This document shows positions 50,692 through 60,717 of a stretch of 64,000 nt of DNA, piece after piece (positions within the stretch are counted from its first letter, which is position 1; the number at the start of each line of letters is the position of its first letter). A program made the position numbers and the translations under genes. Below the pieces are notes generated by a model. It was not told the DNA's origin and did no database searches. It saw only the letters and a list, made by a program, of their open reading frames with translations. Source of the DNA: Chloroflexota bacterium (GTDB taxonomy: Bacteria > Chloroflexota > UBA11872 > VXOZ01); NCBI GenBank assembly GCA_964291655.2, contig OZ219801.1, forward strand, positions 672,001-736,000, in the 5' to 3' direction.

Positions 50692-52491
50692 CTAGTCTCC
50701 ACTGACTGTGGCGGGCATTGCGGCGACATAGCGCTCGTCCCGATGCGCAAAAATGTCGCGGTAAGCGGGACTGCGCGCAATGAGTTCCTCATGCGTGCCT
50801 TGGTCCTCCAATTCTCCGCCCCGCAGCACCAGAATGCGGTCGGCCCACCGGATCTGCGAGAGTCGGTGCGTGATGAGAAACGTCGTCCGCCCGTGCAGAA
50901 TATTGCGCAGCGCACGCTGAATCTGATCTTCGGTCGCACTGTCGATCGCGCTCGTCGAGTCATCGAGCACCAGTATGCGCGGGTCGGCCAAGAACGCGCG
51001 AGCAATGGCGATGCGCTGCCGCTGTCCGCCGGAGAGCGTCACGCCGCGCTCGCCCACCACCGTGTCGTACCCATCCGTAAAGCCCATGATAAAATCATGC
51101 GCCTGAGCCTGTTTCGCCACCGCTTCAATCTCCGCGCGGCTCACCGGACGCCGCACGCCAAAGGCAATGTTCTCGGCCAGTGTACGTGAAAAGAGAAAGA
51201 CATCCTGGTCGATTGTCGCAATCTGCGAGCGCAGTGATTCCATCGACCACACGCGTACGTCGACGCCGTCAATCATTACTTGTCCATCCGAAACCTCGTA
51301 GATACGATTGATGAGCCGGGTGAGTGTGGACTTGCCGGACCCAGTCTGCCCGACGATTGCAACCGTCTCGCCCGGCTTGGCTTTGAAGCTAATGCCTTTG
51401 AGCATATTGGATTCGTGGTATGAGAATGAAACATTGTTGAACACCACCTCGCCTTTCATCTGCCTCTCGACTCCCGCACGATTCTCGTCTATCTCCGTCT
51501 CCGCATTCAGGATAGCGAGAATACGGTCCGCCCCCGCCGTGCCGAGCTTGACGAGAGAGAACGCAAAAATGGAAACAAACGTTGGGAATCGAAGCATGCC
51601 TAGAAAACCCATGAATGTAATGACCTGGCCGAGAGTCAATCCGCCATTGCTGTAGAGATAGAGTGCGTGGGCAAGGCCGAGCGCTAACGTAAATGAAAAC
51701 ATGAGCAGCGGCAGGTAGAGCGCCTGAATCTTGCCCTGTTTTATGAAGAGATCACGGTAGCTTGCCGCCTTGACCCGAAAACGGCTGAATTCTTGCTGCT
51801 CCTGCGCGTTCGACTTAACGACTTCAATGCCCGCAATCGATTCGGTCAGGTTGGCGTTGAGCACGCCGAATTGCGCGCGGAGGGCACCTGCTACCGGGCC
51901 CAATCGACGCAAGTATCCCCGCAATGCAATGAGAAAGCCGATGAGGAAAAGCACCGGTATCGGCAGCAGCGCCGCATTCAAGAACGCAATGGCGATGATG
52001 GGTGCCACCATGTTAACGAGCCACTCCGAAAGCAGCAGCAAGCCGGGATTGACCATGTAGTTGAGCTGCTTTACGTCATTGGTGGCGCGCGCCATGATGT
52101 CGCCAACGCGTTGCTGTCCGTGATAGGTCTGGCTCTTACCTAGCAGATTTACGTAAAGTTCGTCGCGCACGTCGCGCTCCATGCGCAGCGCCACAATCTC
52201 AGCCGTGTAATTCGCGAGAAGCTGCATTACGCCCCTCAACACGCTTATGCCGAGAATTGCCAGAGCAAAACCCAGGAGCACAGACACCACGGCGCTTGCA
52301 TCTGCGACGGCGTCAAAGGCATCCCCCATTATCCTCGGTACTTGCACCGCGGCCACCACGACACCGGCTCGAAAGAGGGTGCCAACCACCACGTGGACCG
52401 GGTAGCGCATTGCATGACTGACCAGCCACCGCGTAACGGAAGAGCGATCATACGTATGTTCGATTTCCGGCGTAAACTCGCGATTTCTCAA
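50692..52491 (-). CDS. ABC exporter fused permease/ATPase (heterodimer subunit A)
   Basis: GQTGSGKS, LSGGQRQR, degenerate Walker B LDDST. Confidence 0.94.
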   Translation of the reverse strand: MRNREFTPEIEHTYDRSSVTRWLVSHAMRYPVHVVVGTLFRAGVVVAAVQVPRIMGDAFDAVADASAVVSVLLGFALAILGISVLRGVMQLLANYTAEIVALRMERDVRDELYVNLLGKSQTYHGQQRVGDIMARATNDVKQLNYMVNPGLLLLSEWLVNMVAPIIAIAFLNAALLPIPVLFLIGFLIALRGYLRRLGPVAGALRAQFGVLNANLTESIAGIEVVKSNAQEQQEFSRFRVKAASYRDLFIKQGKIQALYLPLLMFSFTLALGLAHALYLYSNGGLTLGQVITFMGFLGMLRFPTFVSIFAFSLVKLGTAGADRILAILNAETEIDENRAGVERQMKGEVVFNNVSFSYHESNMLKGISFKAKPGETVAIVGQTGSGKSTLTRLINRIYEVSDGQVMIDGVDVRVWSMESLRSQIATIDQDVFLFSRTLAENIAFGVRRPVSRAEIEAVAKQAQAHDFIMGFTDGYDTVVGERGVTLSGGQRQRIAIARAFLADPRILVLDDSTSAIDSATEDQIQRALRNILHGRTTFLITHRLSQIRWADRILVLRGGELEDQGTHEELIARSPAYRDIFAHRDERYVAAMPATVSGD

Positions 52492-52699
52492 CGGAGTCTC
52501 CAGGAAGCATAGACCGTTGCCATCAATTCACTATAACATCCTGCAAAAGCCATAAAATCCTCTCTGCTACCGAAGTACTCTGCACCGCCCATGCAGTAGA
52601 GCGGCGTCTACAGGTGAATTGAAGCTTGGCGGCACTTGTTCAATTGCACGAATACTAGGTACATTAGAATGAAGAGCCAGGAGACCTCAGATTTTAAGA

Positions 52700-53287
52700 G
52701 TGGAGCGTGATGTGAAGAGTTTGGATGCGCAACGCCATTGGTGGCAGGTTGGGCGGGTAGTTCTGGGCGTGATGGCGTTTGCAATTTTGCTGGGCGGTTG
52801 TATTGCACAGCCCCAGGGCGTTGTTATCAATACCAAACCTACGCCCACACCGACGCCAGTTGTAGGCGACCCCAATAACGCAACGATCATCGAAGTCACG
52901 GTTGTGGACAACACAGTGCCGCCATCAGGCGTCGGCATTATCTGGATCAATCGCAGCGTAGGCTGGGCACCGTACGAGAGTCCCGGCGACGGTAGGTTGC
53001 CTCCCGATGAGTACGGCGTGCTGGTGTACATAGATGAAGAGCGCATCGGTGTCGTCTGGCCCGACGAAACCGGCGGAATGGGGCCGCGCCCCCTTGCAAT
53101 TCCACAGAACGTTTGGGGATTTGAGCTCGGCCAGCACACGCTTAAATTCGTCCAGCAAGGTCCTGAGGTGTGGCGAGAGTCTGCGCCGATCATACTTGTG
53201 GTAACGGAAGACTTTAAGCCTACCCCCACGGTCCCGCCCAGTCCCACGCCGAAGCCAGTGCCAACACCGTCGCCGAGGCCGTCGTAG
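52700..53287 (+). CDS. Hypothetical lipoprotein with Pro/Thr tails
   Basis: LGGC lipobox, PTPTPTP at both ends. Confidence 0.7.
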   Translation: MERDVKSLDAQRHWWQVGRVVLGVMAFAILLGGCIAQPQGVVINTKPTPTPTPVVGDPNNATIIEVTVVDNTVPPSGVGIIWINRSVGWAPYESPGDGRLPPDEYGVLVYIDEERIGVVWPDETGGMGPRPLAIPQNVWGFELGQHTLKFVQQGPEVWRESAPIILVVTEDFKPTPTVPPSPTPKPVPTPSPRPS

Positions 53288-53290
53288 TTA

Positions 53291-54547
53291 ATGTCTGATT
53301 CTCCTAATGGCGGTGTCGGCATCGTGCTGTTGGCCGCGGGGGAATCGCAGCGGATGGCGGCCTCGTCAAAGTCGTCATTGCCGAAAGCGCTGTTGTCCTG
53401 GTTCCGCAGACCGCTGATCCAGTACCAGCTTGAGCAAATTGCAGCGGTCGCCCCGGCGCACGTCGTTGTCGTTACCGGGTTTCATGCCGAGCGCTTGGCG
53501 CCCTACGTTGACACTGTGGCAGGCATCCATGTTGTGAAAAACCCGAATCCGGAGCGGGGCAGAGCTTCCTCCATTGTGCACGGAGTGCGGGCACTGCCCG
53601 AAACTCTATCTGCCATCGCAGTAATCAACGTAGACCAGCCTTGTGCTGCGCCAATTCTCACAAAACTCATTGCCGCAAGGACCACAGGCAACCATCTCAT
53701 TGCGATCCCGCGGTATCAGGGCGTGCGAGGACATCCTCCACTCTTCGCCAACGCTTTGCGCAGTGAATTGCTGCAGGTTCACGAGAATTCCCAGGGCCTG
53801 AAAGCGGTCACCCGGTCCCATCGCGCAGCAACGGCGTATGTAAACATCGATGATCCCAGCGTGGTGTGGAATCTCAATACACCGGCTGACTATCATCAAG
53901 CGCAGCAACAGCACATACTGCTTGCTACAACGAATAGCGCCAAGACCGAGCACCTCGCATGGCTGCTCGAAGGTGTGCCGCTTCGGCGGGTTACGTTGGT
54001 AGAGGCGGGACTACAAAGTGAGTCGCCCCCTTCGGAAGACCAACCAACACTACAAGCAATTGCCGAAAGCAAAGCGATTGCGTGGTCGCGGTCATTTGGC
54101 GGATTGGCGCTCGCATCAGATGGCGGCATTTCTATACCAGCATTAGGCGACTCTTGGGAAGAGCGCTTAACGGCCCGATTTGCTGGCAGCCAAGCCACAG
54201 ACAAGCAGCGCGTTGAAGCGCTGTTGGCACTGCTTCGACCCTACCGCTCAGAGGAACGGCTCGCGTACTTTCGTGAGTGCGTAGCGCTTGCGAACAACGG
54301 AACCCTCTTGCAGTCGTGGAGCGCCGAGAGTGCGCCCGGCTTGATCGCCGAGACCTATCGCCCGGACCAGCTCGTCTCCGGTTTTTGGCTGCTGACACTG
54401 TGGTGTGATCCGCAAACAGGCAAGCGTCTCGGCGCATTCTCGCCTGACGACCCTGCGAACCCGGACGGCGCTTGGGCGCGCGTAAAGCCCGGCGTGCAGC
54501 AGTTCGTACAGGGGTACCTAGAGCGGTATTTCAGTCAGGCAACGTAA
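53291..54547 (+). CDS. MocA/MobA-like nucleotidyltransferase fused to a Ham1/ITPase-like domain
   Basis: LLAAGESQRM, KALL, DQP, GHPPLF, NLNTPADY; then LLATTNSAK, ESKA, ALASDGGISIPAL. Confidence 0.82.
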   Translation: MSDSPNGGVGIVLLAAGESQRMAASSKSSLPKALLSWFRRPLIQYQLEQIAAVAPAHVVVVTGFHAERLAPYVDTVAGIHVVKNPNPERGRASSIVHGVRALPETLSAIAVINVDQPCAAPILTKLIAARTTGNHLIAIPRYQGVRGHPPLFANALRSELLQVHENSQGLKAVTRSHRAATAYVNIDDPSVVWNLNTPADYHQAQQQHILLATTNSAKTEHLAWLLEGVPLRRVTLVEAGLQSESPPSEDQPTLQAIAESKAIAWSRSFGGLALASDGGISIPALGDSWEERLTARFAGSQATDKQRVEALLALLRPYRSEERLAYFRECVALANNGTLLQSWSAESAPGLIAETYRPDQLVSGFWLLTLWCDPQTGKRLGAFSPDDPANPDGAWARVKPGVQQFVQGYLERYFSQAT

Positions 54548-55616
54548 GCGTTGCTTCGGATTGCTTGTCCCGGTCTCCTTCTATTACCACCAACCCATCG
54601 CGTTCCAGGTCCTGTGCCAGTTTCCACAACCAGGCTGCCGATGGATTCGCCAAGTCATCGCAGAGAACGTGGCTCACAATTGCAGCGAAGTTGAGCGTGC
54701 CGCCCGGCATGCTGTCGCGCAGCGCAGCGACGATGCGTCCCCGATAGAATCGCCGCGAACCCGCAAATGTTCCCTGGCTCTTTGGGCGCAGAGAAGGTAG
54801 ATCATAGAAATCTGCCGTCCGCCGCGCCTGGCACCACATGGCGAGAGGACAGTGCGGGCAGTCCGGCTTGCGCGACGTGCAGACCGTCGAACCAAGGTCC
54901 ATGAGCGCCTGGTTCCAGCGCGCAGATAGTCTCTTGGGTACGAGGCTATCCGCCAAGGCTTGAAGCTGCCGCTCCGTTGGACCTGCGACTCCAAGTAACT
55001 CCTGGAGATCGCCGCGCAAGACTCTGCCCAGCACGCGCCGCACATTGGTATCCACTACCGCTACCTGTGTGTTGTCTAGAAAGCTTAGCAGCGCTCGTGC
55101 GGTATACGGCCCGATACCGGGCAGACGCAAGAGCGACTGCAAACACATGGGGAATTTGCCGCCATGCTCCTGAACGACAGCCTGCGCCGCGCGATGAAGA
55201 TGCACGGCGCGGCGGTTGTAGCCAAGTCCAGCCCACAGGCGAATGACTTCTGCCGTCGGTGCAGCCGCTAGCCGTCGAATGGTCGGGAATCGTTCGATGA
55301 AGACTAAATACTTCGGGATAACGCGCTCGACCTGGGTCTGTTGCAACATCATTTCAGCCAGGAATTTGCGGTACGGACTCTTCGTTTGTCGCCAGGGCAG
55401 TTCCCTGCGATTAAGGCGGTACCAGCCTAACAACGCGTCCTGGAAGCGCCGCACGTCTTCAGCCCGCGTCAACTGCAGCGTGCCGTCGATTGCCACCGAG
55501 CAAAACTCGCCCCTGTCGTGCATTCTTTCACGTTTGGTTAGCATGCGCCGAATGAATTCTTCTCTTGTATAGGTACATTCACGTGCGGAGACTAACTCGC
55601 CGTCACCGCTCCTCAA
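54531..55616 (-). CDS. mutY: A/G-specific adenine glycosylase (short form; true start probably downstream of 55616)
   Basis: LPWR, EMMLQQTQV, WAGLGYNRRA, LPGIGPYTA, DTNVRRV, C-x6-C-x2-C-x5-C. Confidence 0.93.
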   Translation of the reverse strand: MRSGDGELVSARECTYTREEFIRRMLTKRERMHDRGEFCSVAIDGTLQLTRAEDVRRFQDALLGWYRLNRRELPWRQTKSPYRKFLAEMMLQQTQVERVIPKYLVFIERFPTIRRLAAAPTAEVIRLWAGLGYNRRAVHLHRAAQAVVQEHGGKFPMCLQSLLRLPGIGPYTARALLSFLDNTQVAVVDTNVRRVLGRVLRGDLQELLGVAGPTERQLQALADSLVPKRLSARWNQALMDLGSTVCTSRKPDCPHCPLAMWCQARRTADFYDLPSLRPKSQGTFAGSRRFYRGRIVAALRDSMPGGTLNFAAIVSHVLCDDLANPSAAWLWKLAQDLERDGLVVIEGDRDKQSEATLTLPD

Positions 55617-55663
55617 TTAGCCCTCTATGGATCTGATGAGCTGGCGGTTCATTAGGAACGAGT

Positions 55664-56560
55664 ATGCCACAGGCGCTCTACGAAGAAGTGCAATGCAAGA
55701 CTGCGCTCACGCGCGTACGAGGCATGGCTTTCGGCTGGAGTCTCAATCCCTACCGGGGATGTACCCACGGCTGCCACTACTGCTTCGCTCGCAGCACACA
55801 CTTTTTCTATGATCTCAATGCTGATGAAGAATTTTCTTCAATAGTCTTCGTTAAGGCGAATTTAGCGGATGTGCTGCGCCTGGAACTCTCCGCACCAAGC
55901 TGGCGGCGTCACCGCGTCGTCATCGGTACGGCTACTGATCCGTACCAGCCGATCGAAGGCAAGTACCGGTTGACTCACGACTCATTGGAAGCCTTCCTCG
56001 CCTTCCGCACGCCGGTGTCCATCATTACTAAGTCCTCGCTAGTAGTCCGTGACGCGGATATTCTCGCTGAATTAGCGAAGAGACTGGGGTGTACGGTGAA
56101 CTTCAGCATTACGACACTAGAGCGAAATCTTTGGAGACAACTTGAACCTGGCACGGCGCCGCCGGAACAGCGACTGCGTGCAATGCGGCGGCTTGCTGAC
56201 CTCGGTGTGCACGCGGGCGTTCTGCTTGCCCCCATCATTCCGGGACTAACGGCGACAAAAGAGAACCTGGAGTCCGTTGCCCGCGCGGCCGCAGAACACA
56301 ACGCCTGCTTTCTGGTAGCGAACGTGCTCAACCTAGGTGTCGGCGTCAAGGAACACTTCTTGCAGTATCTTCGGACCGAACACCCGGGGCTCCTCGGCAC
56401 CTATCGACAGCTCTTTCCCGGTCGCTATGCGGCTGATCGCTATGCCGAACCGCTATACGATTATGTCACCCTACTGCAACAGCGCTACGCCCTAGACAAG
56501 CGAGAACTCACCCACTCTCCAAGACCGGAACCTGAGCAGTTACCCCTCGGCATAATGTAA
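55664..56560 (+). CDS. Radical SAM protein, SplB/Rv2578c-like (DNA-repair associated)
   Basis: NPYRGCTHGCHYCFAR, GTATDPYQPIE, LEPG. Confidence 0.9.
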   Translation: MPQALYEEVQCKTALTRVRGMAFGWSLNPYRGCTHGCHYCFARSTHFFYDLNADEEFSSIVFVKANLADVLRLELSAPSWRRHRVVIGTATDPYQPIEGKYRLTHDSLEAFLAFRTPVSIITKSSLVVRDADILAELAKRLGCTVNFSITTLERNLWRQLEPGTAPPEQRLRAMRRLADLGVHAGVLLAPIIPGLTATKENLESVARAAAEHNACFLVANVLNLGVGVKEHFLQYLRTEHPGLLGTYRQLFPGRYAADRYAEPLYDYVTLLQQRYALDKRELTHSPRPEPEQLPLGIM

Positions 56561-56833
56561 GCTCTTCGCGATTGTCGATCGCGCTCGACTAGTCAAGTGT
56601 TGCGTTCTGGAGTAGCAATTGTCGGTTTAGAGTCTAAGAGTCTTGTGCACGCAAACATCCTTCGCCGGCCTTGCTCTTTTATCTGAAAACCCAGTGAAAC
56701 CTGCACCGGGGCTAGAGCTGGTGAATTCGGTATCGGATAGTCGTCAATCCTAATAATGACAACTCGGCACACACGGCGCCATCTAGGTCCATGATTTGTA
56801 TGCAAACAGGTTACGCAGTTTGGAGGCGCTAAC

Positions 56834-57055
56834 ATGAGCTAGCATGGCAATCTTGACAATCACGCAAGCCAACTGAATCCGAACAACGACGCCTACAAGG
56901 TTGAGCGCGCGTGGCTCGACCATCTAAACGGTTGGGAACATCAGCTAGAAGACGAATTCACACGTTTGGATGCAGATGAAGTAAGCAATTGGAGGAGCCT
57001 CAGCAGCTATCGAGGGCCAATCAAAGCTTGTACCACTTGGCCGGAACTGATATAA
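56834..57055 (+). pseudogene. Small ORF with an in-frame TAG at codon 3 and an LDNHASQLNPNNDAY motif
   Basis: GGAGG RBS, ATG AGC TAG, then 70 further open codons. Confidence 0.5.
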
Positions 57056-57160
57056 TTCTTCTATCCTGCCCTTGATACTCTTGTTCCCTCATACGTTCGA
57101 TCTGAGACCTTTGATTCCTGTTTTCCGTCCCTCACCCAATGATGAAAGAAGCATCCAGCC

Positions 57161-58123
57161 TTGAAAGGTCGAGACCTCCTTACCCTCGCTGACCTCTCAG
57201 CGTCTGAAATCCACCAGATACTTGACACCGCAAAGTCTCTGAAGTCTGCCAAGAATGCCCAGGCGGACCCGGTACCCGCAGCCGACGATCGGCCGCTCGC
57301 CGGACGTACGCTCGCCATGATTTTTGAAAAACCCTCCCTGCGCACACGCGCCACCTTTGCCATTGGCATGCAGCAGCTGGGTGGACAAGTAGTGGACCTG
57401 GCCGCCGAGCACCTGCAAATGGGCGTGCGCGAAACCGTTCCGGACGTGGCGCAGAATCTTGAACGCTGGGTAGACGTCATCATGGCACGCGTATTCACGC
57501 ATGCGACTCTGCAAGAGCTGGCAGAGCATGCCAGCATTCCCATCATCAACGGTCTCTCCGATTACACACACCCCTGCCAGATACTGGCTGATGTCCTCAC
57601 GATGCAGGAGCACAAGGGAGAACTCTCCACACGCAAAATTGCCTACGTCGGCGACGGCTACAACGTAGCCAACTCCCTACTCTTTGGCGCCGGCAAACTT
57701 GGCTATCATCTTGCGGTCGGATGCCCGGAGGGCTATTTGCCTCCAGACGACATCATTGCGCGAGCTCACGGCCTTGCCAAAGAATCGGGCGCGACGCTGC
57801 AACTCTGTTCTGATCCGATAGCTGCGGTAAGAGACGCTGACGTAGTCTACACAGATTCCTGGGTGAGCATGGGATTGGAGGCGGAGGCAGCCGAGCGCGA
57901 ACGCGTCTTTCCACCGTATCAGGTGAATTCAGATCTGCTTAGCTATGCAAAATCAGATGCAATTGTAATGCACTGCCTTCCAGCGCACCGCGGCATGGAA
58001 ATCACAGATGAAGTGATGGACGGGCCCCAATCGGTGGTGTTCGATCAGGCAGAGAATCGGCTCCACGCCCAGAAGGCGGTGTTACTGGAGCTCTTAGTCG
58101 GTGGAGTCCCTCAGTCTCACTGA
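57161..58123 (+). CDS. argF: Ornithine carbamoyltransferase
   Basis: PSLRTR, HPCQ, WVSMG, HCLP, DQAENRLH. Confidence 0.96.
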   Translation: MKGRDLLTLADLSASEIHQILDTAKSLKSAKNAQADPVPAADDRPLAGRTLAMIFEKPSLRTRATFAIGMQQLGGQVVDLAAEHLQMGVRETVPDVAQNLERWVDVIMARVFTHATLQELAEHASIPIINGLSDYTHPCQILADVLTMQEHKGELSTRKIAYVGDGYNVANSLLFGAGKLGYHLAVGCPEGYLPPDDIIARAHGLAKESGATLQLCSDPIAAVRDADVVYTDSWVSMGLEAEAAERERVFPPYQVNSDLLSYAKSDAIVMHCLPAHRGMEITDEVMDGPQSVVFDQAENRLHAQKAVLLELLVGGVPQSH

Positions 58124-58209
58124 ATGCCGTCTCCAGGCACCGCGGCCGACACTACTCCCAAGGGGCAGAGGGATCACACAAGATAGAGGCCCAGTCTTAG
58201 AGGTGACGC

Positions 58210-59067
58210 GTGGTAGAAGACCTTCTTTGGCTCCAATCTCGCTTAGACATTAGTGCGGCGTTCGACATCCTTCTCGTCGCCGTCATCATTCACATCGTCT
58301 TTACGATCGTTCGCGGGACAATCGCGGACCAGTTGGTGCGCGGAATCGTCGTTCTGCTCGTCATTGCCTTCATCATAGGCAATATCCTACAACTGCTGGT
58401 ATTCGATTGGCTCTTGCGAAGCATGTTATCCGCACTTGTCATAGCGATTCCCATCATTTTTCAGCCGGAGCTCCGCCGATTCTTGGAGCGTGTCGGTCGA
58501 CGAGGCACCCACCCGCTCGCTCGCTACATTCCCATTAGTGAAGACGTCTCCACCGCCCTTGACGTGCTGTCTCGCGTAGCCGGCCGGCTCTCTGAGAAGC
58601 GCTGGGGCGGCCTCATCGCGATCGAACGCGAAACCGGCTTGGAGGACCTGGTCGAGACAGGCCACCGCATCGAAGGCGAGGTAAGTGAAGATCTTTTGTT
58701 GACGATTTTCTATCCGAATTCGGCACTGCACGACAAAGCCGTCATCATTCGCGGCGATCGCATCGTGGCAGCATCTTGCATGCTGCCTCTCTCGGAGAAC
58801 GTACCGCAGGGAGAAGGTCTAGGAACACGCCATGCAGCAGCTATTGGCGTAAGCGAAGTGACCGACGCCATTGCCATTGCCATCTCGGAAGAGAGCGGCG
58901 TAATATCGGTGGCCCACGGCGGCACGCTCCAGCGGAATTTAAATGAGGAAAAGCTGCAAACATACCTCCAAGGTCTCTTTCGCGAGGAGCGAAGTGCGAC
59001 GACACTGCCATGGCTGCCGTTCCGCTCCCTGTCGCGAAGCCAAGGCGAGCGCAAAGTCCTAAAGTAA
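58210..59067 (+). CDS. cdaA: Diadenylate cyclase CdaA
   Basis: 3 TMs, IFQPELRR, LHDKA (DGA-like), GTRHAAA (RHR-like), ISEE. Confidence 0.92.
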   Translation: MVEDLLWLQSRLDISAAFDILLVAVIIHIVFTIVRGTIADQLVRGIVVLLVIAFIIGNILQLLVFDWLLRSMLSALVIAIPIIFQPELRRFLERVGRRGTHPLARYIPISEDVSTALDVLSRVAGRLSEKRWGGLIAIERETGLEDLVETGHRIEGEVSEDLLLTIFYPNSALHDKAVIIRGDRIVAASCMLPLSENVPQGEGLGTRHAAAIGVSEVTDAIAIAISEESGVISVAHGGTLQRNLNEEKLQTYLQGLFREERSATTLPWLPFRSLSRSQGERKVLK

Positions 59068-59076
59068 CCATTACGC

Positions 59077-60420
59077 ATGACCAGAATACGTTCTCTCTTG
59101 CCCCTCCTAGTTCGCTTCACTACCCACACTCTAGGTGTGCGGTTTCTGCTTGCCTTGGCGATCTCAATTACATTGTGGATCTTGTTTACCGGAGAGCAGA
59201 ATCCCGTGCGTGAGGGCTTCTTTAGCGCGGAGATCCCAGTTGAAACAAGCCGCCTAGGCGATGGCTTGGTAGTGAGTCGTACCGCACCGAGCACGGTACG
59301 CTTGCGCATAGCAGCCCCGCGTGACATTTGGGAGTCCCTGACGGCAGACAAGTTCAGCGCCGTGGTGGATCTCTTTGCGGTTGGTGTCGGCCTGCACGAG
59401 ATACCTATCGAAGTTGCTAGTTCTGACGGACGCATTAGCATCATCGCAACTGACCCGGAGACCATAACGGTTTCATTAGAGGAGCGAAGAGAAAAAGAGG
59501 TGCCGGTGCGCGTAGACCTCGTGGGTGACCCACCGGAAGGCTACAGATTCCAACTCCCAGAGTTGCTGCCAGACCTCGTTAGCATAATAGGACCATCCTC
59601 TCGAGTGGACTTAGTCGAAGCGGTTTGGGTCAGTGTGGAGATGGATGAAGTGCGCAGTACCGTCAATCTCACAAAGCGAGCAATACCGCGCGACGCCCAA
59701 GGAGAAGTCGTGACCGGAGTGCAGCTTGATCCGCCTGTGGTGCAGGTTACGGTACCGGTAGAGCTAGCAATAACAAACAAAGACGTCCCCGTTCGTGTCA
59801 ACATTGTGGGCCAGCCTGCGCCAGGCTACTTGCTCTCACGCTATCTCACCACACCGGCCACGGCGACACTCATCGGCTCGCCTGAGGCGCTTAGTGGCCT
59901 GCTCTATCTGTCAACCGAGACCATTCGCGTCGAGGGAGCCACAGGAACGGTTACACAAACAGTTGAGTTGGTGCAACCGCCGGGTGTAGAAGTCGCAGGC
60001 TCCAATGAGGTAGTGGTCACCATATTTGTTGTGCCTATTGTGGCAAGCGTGCAGACCCAGGTCGCCGTAACCGCCTTGAATCTGCAGCCAGGTTTGGAAA
60101 TAGAGGTGTTCCCTCCCACTGCGTCGGTAACGCTCGGGGGTCTGGCGCCATTGCTCCGAGAACTCCAGCCCGGCAGCGTGATCGTTTCTTTGAACCTCAG
60201 TGGTTTGGGCCCCGGTTCCTACGCGTTGTCGCCTGATACGAACGCGCCCACCGATGTGAAGGTTGAGCGTATCAGTCCGTCGCAATTCATCGTGGTTGTG
60301 CGTGACCAGACGACGTCTGCGCCCACGCCGGCACCCGCAACAGCTCCAACTCCGACGGAAGAGCCGCCACCCGCCACGCCGACACCGGCCCCTGATGCGT
60401 CCGCCACTTTGCGCCGCTGA
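59077..60420 (+). CDS. cdaR: CdaR/YbbR-domain regulator
   Basis: N-terminal TM, repeated YbbR-like beta domains, directly downstream of cdaA. Confidence 0.88.
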   Translation: MTRIRSLLPLLVRFTTHTLGVRFLLALAISITLWILFTGEQNPVREGFFSAEIPVETSRLGDGLVVSRTAPSTVRLRIAAPRDIWESLTADKFSAVVDLFAVGVGLHEIPIEVASSDGRISIIATDPETITVSLEERREKEVPVRVDLVGDPPEGYRFQLPELLPDLVSIIGPSSRVDLVEAVWVSVEMDEVRSTVNLTKRAIPRDAQGEVVTGVQLDPPVVQVTVPVELAITNKDVPVRVNIVGQPAPGYLLSRYLTTPATATLIGSPEALSGLLYLSTETIRVEGATGTVTQTVELVQPPGVEVAGSNEVVVTIFVVPIVASVQTQVAVTALNLQPGLEIEVFPPTASVTLGGLAPLLRELQPGSVIVSLNLSGLGPGSYALSPDTNAPTDVKVERISPSQFIVVVRDQTTSAPTPAPATAPTPTEEPPPATPTPAPDASATLRR

Positions 60421-60717
60421 CGTTGGGATGCTGGCCCATACTGCGCATCACGATGCGCGGATTCATCACAAGACAGAGCGCTTGTCACACGTCCCGACTC
60501 GTCTTTCTCTCTTGGTCGTTTCCTGCTCTAGGGCAGCTTATCGTCTCCACTTCGAGGCTTGAATCCCTCGGGCCATCTTTGGGTGAGTGCCGCAGGATGC
60601 TATACTGAACGGACGCTTGGAGTGAGGCAAGACGGTTGTTTATTGCGCCCCTCCTTGTATGGTTTTCCATGGCTTGCCCTGCCTGAACTACGTACCTTAG
60701 AGAGATTAGCCGACATC

